Origin: an uncultured bacterium
Lineage (GTDB): Bacteria > Hydrothermota > Tepidihabitantia > CAYHGV01
NCBI GenBank assembly: GCA_964356135.1
Contig: CAYHGV010000002.1
Coordinates: 1 to 51,313 of the forward strand
DNA: 51,313 nucleotides
Direction of reading: 5' to 3'
The position numbers and the translations under genes were made by a program. Under the pieces are notes generated by a model. The model had not been told where the DNA came from and ran no database searches. It worked only from the letters and a program-made list of their open reading frames with translations. Shown here in pieces: positions 42,775-50,858 of the stretch (its first letter is position 1; every line of letters begins with the position of its first letter).

Positions 42775-44028
42775 ATGGCTAAGACCATAATCGAAAAAAT
42801 TTTAGCTCGCGCCTCGGGCCGAGCCCGGGTATCGGCCGGAGAGCGGGTCTGGGCGAAATTGGATTTTGTGGCGATGCGCGATTTTGGCGGCCCCAATGTC
42901 ATCCTTGAATATCAAACTGCGTTTGATTGTAAACCGATCTTTGACGGTTCGAAAGCGGCGTTCACCTTCGATTTGCACATTCCTGCCCGGGATGAACGGG
43001 TGGCAAAAAACCAAAAAGACTGCCGGGAGTTTGCCCGGACGATGGGAATGCGGGTATTCGATGTCGATGCCGGCGTCGGCCAGCATGTCCTGTTCGAACA
43101 GGGTCTGGTTCGACCCTGGGATGTGATTGTCGGAACTGACAGCCATATGAATCTCTTGGGTGTATTCGGCAGCTTTGCCTCCGGTGTCGGCACCACCGAC
43201 ATCGTCGCCGGCCTGGCATACGGCAGGCTCTGGTTTAAGGTCCCCGAGACCCATAAGTTCATCGTTACGGGCACGCCTGAACCTCCGGTCAGCGCCAAAG
43301 ATTTGATTTTATATATATTAAAAACGATAAAAACCGACGGTGCGATTTATAAAGCGGTCGAGTTCACCGGTTCCACTATCGATGCGATGTCATTAGCATC
43401 CAGAATTACCCTCGCCAGCATGGTGACCGAAATGTCAGGCAAGGTCGGTTTTATTGAACCGAACGATGCTGTCCTTCAGTTTATCCGGGAAAGGTCGAAA
43501 CGAAAAATTGAACCGGTGAAAGCTGACCCGGATGCCCGCTACGAAACGACCGTCAAGTTCGAAGTGAATGATCTGGAACCACAGATCGCCTGTCCCCATT
43601 CACCCGATAATGTCAAACCGGTGAGGGCAGTCGAGGGCACCGCCATTGACCAGGCGTTCATCGGTTCCTGCACCAACGGTCGGTTTGAAGACCTCGAGGC
43701 TGCCGCCCAACTACTGAAAGGCAGGAAAGTGAAAGACGGCGTGCGGCTGATCGTCGTGCCGGCGACAATTGAGGTTGCACGCGAAGCTCTGAACCGAGGC
43801 CTTTATGAAATTTTTATCAGTGCCGGCGCAATCGTCTGCAACCCATCCTGTGCCTTGTGCACGACCGGCCACCCCGGAATCCTGGCGCCGGGCGAAGTCA
43901 TGGTCTCGACCTCCAACCGGAATTTCGTCGGCAAATTGGGCAAAGGTGCCGAGGTCTATTTGGCATCGCCTGCTACTGCCGCCGCTTCGGCTGTAACCGG
44001 GGCGATAACTGATCCAAGAGACATATGA
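42775..44028 (+). CDS. leuC: 3-isopropylmalate dehydratase / homoaconitase large subunit (aconitase family, archaeal-type short form)
   Basis: KTIIEKILARASG, VGTDSHMN, GSCTNGRFEDL and cluster ligands C..C (PSCALC) are present. The size is 417 aa. Confidence 0.85.
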   Translation: MAKTIIEKILARASGRARVSAGERVWAKLDFVAMRDFGGPNVILEYQTAFDCKPIFDGSKAAFTFDLHIPARDERVAKNQKDCREFARTMGMRVFDVDAGVGQHVLFEQGLVRPWDVIVGTDSHMNLLGVFGSFASGVGTTDIVAGLAYGRLWFKVPETHKFIVTGTPEPPVSAKDLILYILKTIKTDGAIYKAVEFTGSTIDAMSLASRITLASMVTEMSGKVGFIEPNDAVLQFIRERSKRKIEPVKADPDARYETTVKFEVNDLEPQIACPHSPDNVKPVRAVEGTAIDQAFIGSCTNGRFEDLEAAAQLLKGRKVKDGVRLIVVPATIEVAREALNRGLYEIFISAGAIVCNPSCALCTTGHPGILAPGEVMVSTSNRNFVGKLGKGAEVYLASPATAAASAVTGAITDPRDI

Positions 44029-44576
44029 ACGCATCACTCCGCGGGCGAAGTTGGTGTTTTGGCAACGATATAGATACGGATCAGATCTACCCCGGTAAAT
44101 ATCTCCCGCTAACCGACAAAAAAGAGATGGTGCAGCATGCGATGGAAGGTGTGCCCGAAGGTGAAAATTTTATCAAGAATGTCAAACCCGGCGATATTCT
44201 CGTAGCCGGAAAAAACTTCGGCTGCGGTTCGAGCCGGGAACATGCAGCCATTGCAATTCGGGGCGCTGGCATTTCGGTCATCATCGCCCGATCCTTTGCC
44301 CGGATCTTTTATCGCAACTGTGTCAATATGGCATTGCCGATTCTCGAATTACAGGCAGCGGATGAATTTAAAACCGACGATGAATTGGAAGTAAACCTGG
44401 AAACGGGTGAAATTCTTAATCTCACCCGCAAGAAAAAATACCAGGCACAGCCGGTCTCCGGACTGGAAATGGAGATTATGCACGCCGGCGGCTTGATTGA
44501 ATATCTGAAACTAAAATCTGAAACCACGAATAAACACGAAATGCGAAGCATCGGTGGAGCAGAGCGACACCAATGA
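44025..44576 (+). CDS. leuD: 3-isopropylmalate dehydratase / homoaconitase small subunit
   Basis: It overlaps leuC by 4 nt. GRSWCFGNDIDTDQIYPGKYL, GKNFGCGSSREHA and FARIFYRNCVN are present. The last ~20 codons (..SETTNKHEMRSIGGAERHQ) are encoded by repeat sequence. Confidence 0.8.
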   Translation: MNASLRGRSWCFGNDIDTDQIYPGKYLPLTDKKEMVQHAMEGVPEGENFIKNVKPGDILVAGKNFGCGSSREHAAIAIRGAGISVIIARSFARIFYRNCVNMALPILELQAADEFKTDDELEVNLETGEILNLTRKKKYQAQPVSGLEMEIMHAGGLIEYLKLKSETTNKHEMRSIGGAERHQ

Positions 44577-44962
44577 AGACGAACGGACACAAAGAAAAAA
44601 TATTTTTTAAAGACCTATCCTACGAAATAATAAATGCAGCGATTAAAGTTCATGCTCAGTTAGGGCACGGATTCTTGGAAAAGGTGTATGAAAATGCCTT
44701 GGCAATAGAACTTAAGAACAAAAATATCACTTTCCACCAGCAAGCACCGATCAAGGTTTTTTACGAAAGCAAGCTTGTCGGCGAGTATGCGGCAGATATT
44801 CTTGTAGACGATAAAATTATTCTTGAACTTAAGGCGGCGGATGAGGTCTCCGGTACCCACAAGGCGCAACTGATCAATTATTTACGAGCGACCGGCTTCA
44901 GGTTGGGCATTATTATCAATTTTGGCAAACCACGCTTAGAATACAAAAGGGTAGTCCTATGA
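44573..44962 (+). CDS. GxxExxY protein (PD-(D/E)xK nuclease superfamily, PDDEXK_3-like)
   Basis: LSYEIINAAIKVHAQLGHGFLEKVYENALAIEL contains G-F-L-E-K-V-Y. ADILVDDKIILELKA is the D...ExK core. The ATGA start overlaps the leuD stop. Confidence 0.85.
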   Translation: MKTNGHKEKIFFKDLSYEIINAAIKVHAQLGHGFLEKVYENALAIELKNKNITFHQQAPIKVFYESKLVGEYAADILVDDKIILELKAADEVSGTHKAQLINYLRATGFRLGIIINFGKPRLEYKRVVL

Positions 44963-45260
44963 TTCTTCGTGTAATTTCGTTTAGTTTTCGCTTTCGTTCG
45001 TGCTTCAAAAAGGGGGCGATTTTATGATTATTCGTGAATATTCGTGCTCATCTTCGTGTCCATTCGTATTTCAAATCGAGGTCTTTTTAATGATTCTTCG
45101 TGTAAGTTCGTGGCTACCCTTCGTGTCTATTCGTGGTTCAAATTCTGGTTATTTTTATCCTATTCGTATCCATTCGTGTTTCAAATCGAGGTCCATTTCA
45201 TGATTCTTCGTGTCAATTCGTGGCTACCCTTCGTGTTCATTCGTGGTTATCATTTGTTAT
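44963..45260 (+). repeat. TTCGTG short-period array with higher-order 110-nt tandem
   Basis: I count about 14 TTCGTG cores by eye at 10-13 nt spacing. The module atgattNttcgtg..ttcgtg..cttcgtgt..attcgt starts at 45024, 45090 and 45200. The 80-nt blocks 45061-45140 and 45171-45250 are near-identical. Confidence 0.9.
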
Positions 45261-45274
45261 CTTAAGGAGGATAA

Positions 45275-45790
45275 ATGAACCGTGACGATTTAGAAAAAAT
45301 CTTCCCTGAGCTGCAAGAGATAAAGGATACTGAGCTCAGGGATAAAGTCATTGAAGTCTGGCTGCTGGCGGTCGAAGAAAGCGGGTTTCAGGATTTGAAC
45401 CGGATTCCGTTCACCCTCCTCGCACAAACCACAACCTCTCTGGTCGACCACACCCGCCGGGTGACCCAAATGGCGATGGCGGTGGCAAAAATCCGCACCG
45501 ACCTCAATTATGCTGTCGTCGTTGCCGGCGGTCTATGCCACGATGTCGGCAAGCTCCTGGAATACAAAGAACAGTCTGGCAAGTTCTTAAAAAGTGACTA
45601 CGGCCAGCTCGTTCGCCATCCGGTGTCGGGTTACGGCCTGGCAGTCGAGGTCGGGCTGCCGGTCGAGGTTGCCCACATCATCGCCGCCCATTCCGACGAA
45701 GGCGAGAAGGTAAAACGAACTGCCGAAGCGATTGTCATCCACCACTGCGACTTCATCGACTTCGAAATCGAAAAATCAAAAACAGAATAA
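45275..45790 (+). CDS. HD-domain phosphohydrolase
   Basis: SD AAGGAGG. H..(RR)..GGLCHDVGK gives the HD motif, followed by HIIAAHSDEG and VIHHCD. Confidence 0.8.
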   Translation: MNRDDLEKIFPELQEIKDTELRDKVIEVWLLAVEESGFQDLNRIPFTLLAQTTTSLVDHTRRVTQMAMAVAKIRTDLNYAVVVAGGLCHDVGKLLEYKEQSGKFLKSDYGQLVRHPVSGYGLAVEVGLPVEVAHIIAAHSDEGEKVKRTAEAIVIHHCDFIDFEIEKSKTE

Positions 45791-45810
45791 ATTCGGTTGA
45801 TCGAAGTCTA

Positions 45811-45839
45811 TTGACTCAAGTCTAAACAGCCGTTATACT
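45811..45839 (+). promoter_or_regulatory. Sigma70-like promoter upstream of Fic gene
   Basis: TTGACT (45811-45816), a 17-nt spacer, then TATACT (45834-45839). Confidence 0.55.
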
Positions 45840-45901
45840 CCTTTTATGAAGATAACCTACCTGATATTTTTTAATACTTTATTTTAAAAGGAAAATGAAT
45901 T

Positions 45902-46939
45902 ATGTTTAACCCCAACTTCCACTACAGCCATAAAATAGTCAACAACCTAACCCGGATTGCGGTAGCACGAGAACTAATCCTCAATTCTCCGTTGGTTCCG
46001 AAATGGGAAGTGGCGCTTCGCCGCGATGCGATCATCCGCAGTGCCCATTCCTCAACAAGCATCGAAGGAAACCGGCTATCTTTGGAACAGGTGAGTGATT
46101 TAGCCAACGGTCGGAAAGTAATGGCAACCCGTAAAGACAAACAGGAAGTCTTAAATTATTTGAGGGTGTTGGAAAAAATTGAGAAATTAACTAATGGCAA
46201 AACGATTCAAGAAAAAGACATTTTCAATATTCACAAAATGTTAACTCAAGATACTTTGGAGAATTCATCCGATTGTGGAGTCTATCGAGATCGTTATGTC
46301 ATAGTCGGAAACAGGCTAACCGGCGAGGTCTTTTTTCGCCCCCCGGTCAATGAAGCGGTGCCGGGGTTAGTACAAAATCTCCTCGAATGGCTGAATTCAC
46401 CCGAAGCGGAAGAACTGGACCCGGTGGTTGCGGCCGGAATTACCCATTATGAATTTGTTAGAATCCACCCGTTTGTAGATGGCAATGGAAGAACCGGCCG
46501 AGTTCTGGCGGCATTGATACTTTACCGGCGGGGTTTTGATACGAAACAATTTTTCTGCCTGGATGATTACTACGATTCTGACCGACCGGCTTATTATCAA
46601 GCGTTACGGAGTGTTGACCAAAAGACATTGGACTTAACTCAGTGGCTTGAATATTTTGTCGAAGGAGTGGAAGCGAGCCTTGCTGCGGTCAAGGAAAGAG
46701 TATTACGGCTCAACAGCGAACGATTGCGAACAACGAAAAAAGGACAGATCGCCCTCACCGAAAGGCAGATGAGAATTGTGGAGCATATCGTAGCTAAAGG
46801 CAAAATCACGAATTACGAGACAAGAAAAATGTTTAAGTTCACAGACCGGGCAGCATTAAAGGAAATAAGAAAGTTAGTTGATTTAGGGGTTGTTAGACCC
46901 AGCGGCAAGGGAAGGACTTTGCATTATGTACTGGCATGA
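45902..46939 (+). CDS. Fic-family protein (AMPylase-type) with C-terminal winged-helix domain
   Basis: The Fic motif is HPFVDGNGRTGR. An N-terminal inhibitory-helix-like motif is SSTSIEGN, fitting (S/T)xxxE(G/N). The C-terminus is LTERQMRIVEHIVAKGKITNYETRKMF..LVDLGVV (wHTH). Confidence 0.88.
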   Translation: MFNPNFHYSHKIVNNLTRIAVARELILNSPLVPKWEVALRRDAIIRSAHSSTSIEGNRLSLEQVSDLANGRKVMATRKDKQEVLNYLRVLEKIEKLTNGKTIQEKDIFNIHKMLTQDTLENSSDCGVYRDRYVIVGNRLTGEVFFRPPVNEAVPGLVQNLLEWLNSPEAEELDPVVAAGITHYEFVRIHPFVDGNGRTGRVLAALILYRRGFDTKQFFCLDDYYDSDRPAYYQALRSVDQKTLDLTQWLEYFVEGVEASLAAVKERVLRLNSERLRTTKKGQIALTERQMRIVEHIVAKGKITNYETRKMFKFTDRAALKEIRKLVDLGVVRPSGKGRTLHYVLA

Positions 46940-46950
46940 CTCAACAGATG

Positions 46951-46986
46951 GTTCGGGATTAAGTTCGGGATTAAGTTCGGGATTAG
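46951..46986 (+). repeat. 12-nt tandem repeat x3 (GTTCGGGATTAA)
   Basis: gttcgggattaa gttcgggattaa gttcgggattag begins 12 nt after the Fic stop. Confidence 0.9.
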
Positions 46987-47043
46987 GTTGATGATTTTAG
47001 AATCCCTGGTAAAACACTTTAAACCCGGGACGCTCGGTAGGTC

Positions 47044-47071
47044 TTGCCTTAAAGTCGGTTGCTGTTACAAT
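47044..47071 (+). promoter_or_regulatory. Sigma70-like promoter of the HhH-MTase-HEPN operon
   Basis: TTGCCT (47044-47049), a 16-nt spacer, then TACAAT (47066-47071). ATG 47086 is preceded by AGGAA. Confidence 0.45.
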
Positions 47072-47085
47072 AATGTAGACAGGAA

Positions 47086-47412
47086 ATGAAATATCAGGAA
47101 AAGAAGGCAATTGATAAAGAAGGCAAGGAAATTGTCTGGAAGCATCCCGGAGGAAAGCTGCGAAGGCTTGGTCCAACTTCACTAACAGATGCAGAGCTTT
47201 TAACCGTAATTCTCGGTTCAGGAAGTCGGGGCAGGTCAGCGAAAGAAATAGCCGAGGAAATTATCTGCAAATACTATTCACTGCAAGGATTAATGGGAAA
47301 AACGATCAGCGAGTTAATGAAAGTCAGAGGATTGAAAGAAGTAAAAGCAACTCAAATCGCCGCAGTCTTTGAGGCTGCACGCAGAATTGTAAAGGGAATA
47401 GAAAAAGAGTAA
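47086..47412 (+). CDS. RadC/UPF0758 N-terminal helix-hairpin-helix domain protein (no JAB/MPN domain)
   Basis: LRRLGPTSLTDAELLTVILGSGSRGRSAKEIAEEIICKYYSLQGLMGKTISELMKVRGLKEVKATQIAAVFEAARRI matches the RadC N-terminal region. The ORF stops where the JAB domain would begin. Confidence 0.7.
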   Translation: MKYQEKKAIDKEGKEIVWKHPGGKLRRLGPTSLTDAELLTVILGSGSRGRSAKEIAEEIICKYYSLQGLMGKTISELMKVRGLKEVKATQIAAVFEAARRIVKGIEKE

Positions 47413-47413
47413 A

Positions 47414-49936
47414 ATGTCAGAGTTTGAGACCAAGATCCCAACGGTAGAAAAATCAGAAATAAATCATTTGAATAGGCAATTTCCTCCCTTAGCCCATACA
47501 CCGATGTATAACTGGCATAAATTTTGGGGTAGAAAGACCTGGAATGTTGTTGCGGAGTACATCAAAACATATTCTAAAGAAGGCGAGATAGTATTTGACC
47601 CATTTGCGGGCAGCGGTGTTATGGCGATGGAAGCATTAAAAAATAGGCGCCGGGTTATAATTTGTGACCTCCTTCCTGTTGCTACCGAAATTGCACGATT
47701 AACAATTAAACCCGTCTCTGAAGTGGAACTTTTTAACGCTTATAAAAGAGTTGAAAAAAGGGTAAAGAACAAAATTTTAACCCTTTATAAAACAAGATGC
47801 CGAAAATGCAAAACAGTATTCCCATTTACCTGCTCGGTATGGGAAAACAATAAAATGATCGAAATTCGTTATCAGAGTTGCCCTCATTGCGGTGACAGGA
47901 GAGAAAAAAACACCCCTCCTACAAAAGAAGATTCAGAATTATTACAACGTATCGAAAAAAGAGGAATTAAAGAATGGTACCCTAAAAACCCGCTCTATTA
48001 TCCCGATGGCAAGCCTTTTAAAGAAAAGCAACAATATGAATCCCTTGATGGATTGTTTACAAAACGGAACCTCCAGACATTAGCTTGGTTAATGGAAGCT
48101 ATCGAAGAAGAACCTCATAAAGATTTAAGAGATTTTTTGAAAATCGGCTTCACTTCGATGGTTCATTTAGCGACCAAAATGATGCCGGATAGACCTACAA
48201 GGCCTTTTAGCTCTGTCTGGAATGAACATAGTTACTGGTTTGCTGATCACTTTATGGAACAAAATGTTTGGGATTTATATGAGAGTGCTATTGCTGGCAA
48301 ACAAGGTTTAATAAAAGGTAAGAACAGCTCTAATCAACATTTTAAAAATATAAAATTTGCAAAAGATTATGACGAAATTCTAAATGGCAAAGCGGATGTT
48401 TATATCCATACCGGCTCATCCTTAGAACTAATGGAACAAATGCCAAAAGGCAAGATTGATTATATTTTTACAGACCCCCCTTACGATTCTTCTATTCAGT
48501 ATGGTGAACTTGCCTATCTTTGGGTTGCTTGGTTAAAGAAAGATAAAGATTATTTGAATTACCTACTTTCGAATGAAATAATTCGTAATGAAAAACAGAA
48601 TAAAGATTTTGGTATTTACAATAGTTTACTTTCAAGAAGCTTCGACGATATGCTTGAAATCATAAAGCTTGGGGGATATTTAACCGTCACCTTCCACAAT
48701 CCCACTTTTAAAGTAAGAAATGCCACTATCAGGGCAGGGATTTTTGCAGGGTTTGAATTTCAAAAAATTCACCATCAAGAACTTGCACGCCCATCTGCAA
48801 AATCACTTTTGCAGCCATTTGGTTCGGCTCAAGGTGATTTTTATCTCAGATTCTACAAACCCCAGCTCACCGAAACCGTCCCTCGACCAGAGGAAATTGA
48901 TGAGAAAAGATTCGAAAATATAGTCGTAGAAACAACAATTGGTCTTTTAGCTGAACGAGCTGAAGAAACTCCATATACTCAAATAATAAATTCAATAGAC
49001 CCTGTCCTCGCTAAACACGGATATTTTTCAAGTCTTGAGACCGGTCTTGATGTGAAGAAGGTTTTACTAAAGCACAAAGGGGAAGAGTTTATTTTGGTTA
49101 AGGCTAAAATTGGTGGAGCGACCGGAGAATTGTGGTGGCTGAAAGAACCCTCAAAATATATTAGGTATGATATACCACTTTCCGAAAGGGTGGAGGAAAC
49201 GGTTTACCGAGAACTTTTAAGCAAAGGTAAAGTAACTTTTACAGAAGTATGGGATGCGGTTAGCACAAAATTCCCTAATTCCTTGACATCTGATAGCAGT
49301 AGTATAATGAACGCATTAGTTCAATATGCAAGGAAGGTTCCCGGTGGACACTGGATGCTAAAACCAGATTATTTCGCTCGCGAGAGTCAGCATAACGATG
49401 TGTTAGCACTATTAGCAGAAGTGGGAAAAAGTTTAGGCTTTAAAATCTGGATTGGCAAAAATGAACAAAGTAAACTCGCGGGTGGTTTAGCCGGGCATAA
49501 AAAACTAAAAGAATTAGTCACCGCCGACCTTAATGACATTAGAATAGATAATAAAACGACCATCGAGCTGATAGACCTTTTATGGATTAAAAACAACCAG
49601 ATTGCAAGTCTGTTTGAGATTGAATTCACCACTACGATGACAGGAGCTTTGAATAGAGGGTCAAATGTCGCCCCTCAAGTCCCCAAATACTTAGTCATTC
49701 CCGAGGAAAGAGAAGAACAACTGAAGAGAAAACAAAAATCCCCAATGTTTTCCGAACGATTTAAAAATGATAATTGGAATCTATTGTTTTTTGATGCTGT
49801 CAGAAATTCGTATAAAAAGCTGAAATCACATAAGATTGAATTGAAATCAATCATTAACAAACAAGGACCAATAGCACTACGTCCAAAAGGTCCCGAAAAT
49901 AGGCAAACAAATATGTTCCAGAAAAATGAACTATGA
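47414..49936 (+). CDS. Zn-ribbon-containing DNA (adenine/cytosine-N) methyltransferase with nuclease-like C-terminal domain
   Basis: It starts 1 nt after the previous stop. The AdoMet motif is FDPFAGSG (aa 61-68), the Cys4 ribbon is CRKC..CPHC (aa 129-159), and the catalytic motif is FTDPPY (aa 352-357). The C-terminal aa ~655-810, with IELIDLLWIKNNQIASLFEIEFTT, is reminiscent of a PD-(D/E)xK-like core (D...ExE). Confidence 0.75.
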   Translation: MSEFETKIPTVEKSEINHLNRQFPPLAHTPMYNWHKFWGRKTWNVVAEYIKTYSKEGEIVFDPFAGSGVMAMEALKNRRRVIICDLLPVATEIARLTIKPVSEVELFNAYKRVEKRVKNKILTLYKTRCRKCKTVFPFTCSVWENNKMIEIRYQSCPHCGDRREKNTPPTKEDSELLQRIEKRGIKEWYPKNPLYYPDGKPFKEKQQYESLDGLFTKRNLQTLAWLMEAIEEEPHKDLRDFLKIGFTSMVHLATKMMPDRPTRPFSSVWNEHSYWFADHFMEQNVWDLYESAIAGKQGLIKGKNSSNQHFKNIKFAKDYDEILNGKADVYIHTGSSLELMEQMPKGKIDYIFTDPPYDSSIQYGELAYLWVAWLKKDKDYLNYLLSNEIIRNEKQNKDFGIYNSLLSRSFDDMLEIIKLGGYLTVTFHNPTFKVRNATIRAGIFAGFEFQKIHHQELARPSAKSLLQPFGSAQGDFYLRFYKPQLTETVPRPEEIDEKRFENIVVETTIGLLAERAEETPYTQIINSIDPVLAKHGYFSSLETGLDVKKVLLKHKGEEFILVKAKIGGATGELWWLKEPSKYIRYDIPLSERVEETVYRELLSKGKVTFTEVWDAVSTKFPNSLTSDSSSIMNALVQYARKVPGGHWMLKPDYFARESQHNDVLALLAEVGKSLGFKIWIGKNEQSKLAGGLAGHKKLKELVTADLNDIRIDNKTTIELIDLLWIKNNQIASLFEIEFTTTMTGALNRGSNVAPQVPKYLVIPEEREEQLKRKQKSPMFSERFKNDNWNLLFFDAVRNSYKKLKSHKIELKSIINKQGPIALRPKGPENRQTNMFQKNEL

Positions 49937-49973
49937 AAAATATTTTTGAAAAAGGCTAACAACTGGAGGCTCT

Positions 49974-50858
49974 ATGAACGAAATGCAAAGCTTTGGGTTG
50001 TTGACCTACATGCCTTTCGGCGACCTCCAAAGTGAAATAAAATTTGAACGTGGAATTTCAATAACCCCTGTCCAGCAAAATAGTTTTGGCAAAATAGAAG
50101 AAATAGACAGAGGACGAGTTTCGGAGGAAGACTTTAAAATCATCAATAGTTACAATAACGCAGTCAAAAAAGAATATGATACTCCTACAACATACGCACA
50201 TGCAGAGAACGATATTCTTTGTTTCGTCGCCACATTGCGCATAGTTAAACCTATCCTTGCTTATCCGAATTATTTCCTTCACTACATACCCCATACAATG
50301 GAATGGAGGTTTAACAAACACAACATCGATTCTGCTTTTTCGATTGAAGAACATGAAAATAATGATCTAAGGGAATTTCCTGTAAACCGCCTGCCAGAAG
50401 TTATCCCTCTATGGGAAAATATGCCGGACATACAAACGAATAAAGGCCGTGTCTGGATAGCGTTGTGGTTAAATGAATTTGCCTATCAGGAGCGACAAAC
50501 TGAGTTTCGTATCCTGTATTTTGTCATGGCATTGGAAAGTCTCTTTGGTATATCAAATTCCGAGCTAAGATTTAGGTTATCTCTAACAACTGCAAGATTT
50601 ATATCAAACGACTTTGGCGAAAGAGACGAAATCTTTACGAACATTAAAAAAGCATACGATATAAGGTCAGGTATAGTCCATGGCTTACGAAAAGAATTAG
50701 AATTAAGCGATCTGCGGTTTGCTGAAATAAACCTTCGTGAATATCTCCGGAGAGCTTTGCTCAAAATTATGCAAGATAGAAGTTTAATTCAAATATTCGA
50801 AAGCACGGACGAGGATTACAATAAATTTATAAAAAACCTAGTTTTAGACAGTAAATAG
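49974..50858 (+). CDS. HEPN-domain protein (Apea/MAE_28990-like)
   Basis: SD GGAGG. The C-terminal helical region is ILYFVMALESLFG...RFRLSLTTARFIS...IKKAYDIRSGIVHG, which carries the Rx4H HEPN motif (RSGIVH). Confidence 0.65.
   Translation: MNEMQSFGLLTYMPFGDLQSEIKFERGISITPVQQNSFGKIEEIDRGRVSEEDFKIINSYNNAVKKEYDTPTTYAHAENDILCFVATLRIVKPILAYPNYFLHYIPHTMEWRFNKHNIDSAFSIEEHENNDLREFPVNRLPEVIPLWENMPDIQTNKGRVWIALWLNEFAYQERQTEFRILYFVMALESLFGISNSELRFRLSLTTARFISNDFGERDEIFTNIKKAYDIRSGIVHGLRKELELSDLRFAEINLREYLRRALLKIMQDRSLIQIFESTDEDYNKFIKNLVLDSK

Noticed and set aside
45000-45265. ORFs 45000-45203 and 45044-45265 inside the TTCGTG array.
   Set aside because: They are translation artefacts of the tandem repeats (..FVSIRGSN.., ..RVNSWLPFVFIRG..). 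They are mutually overlapping and have no SD.
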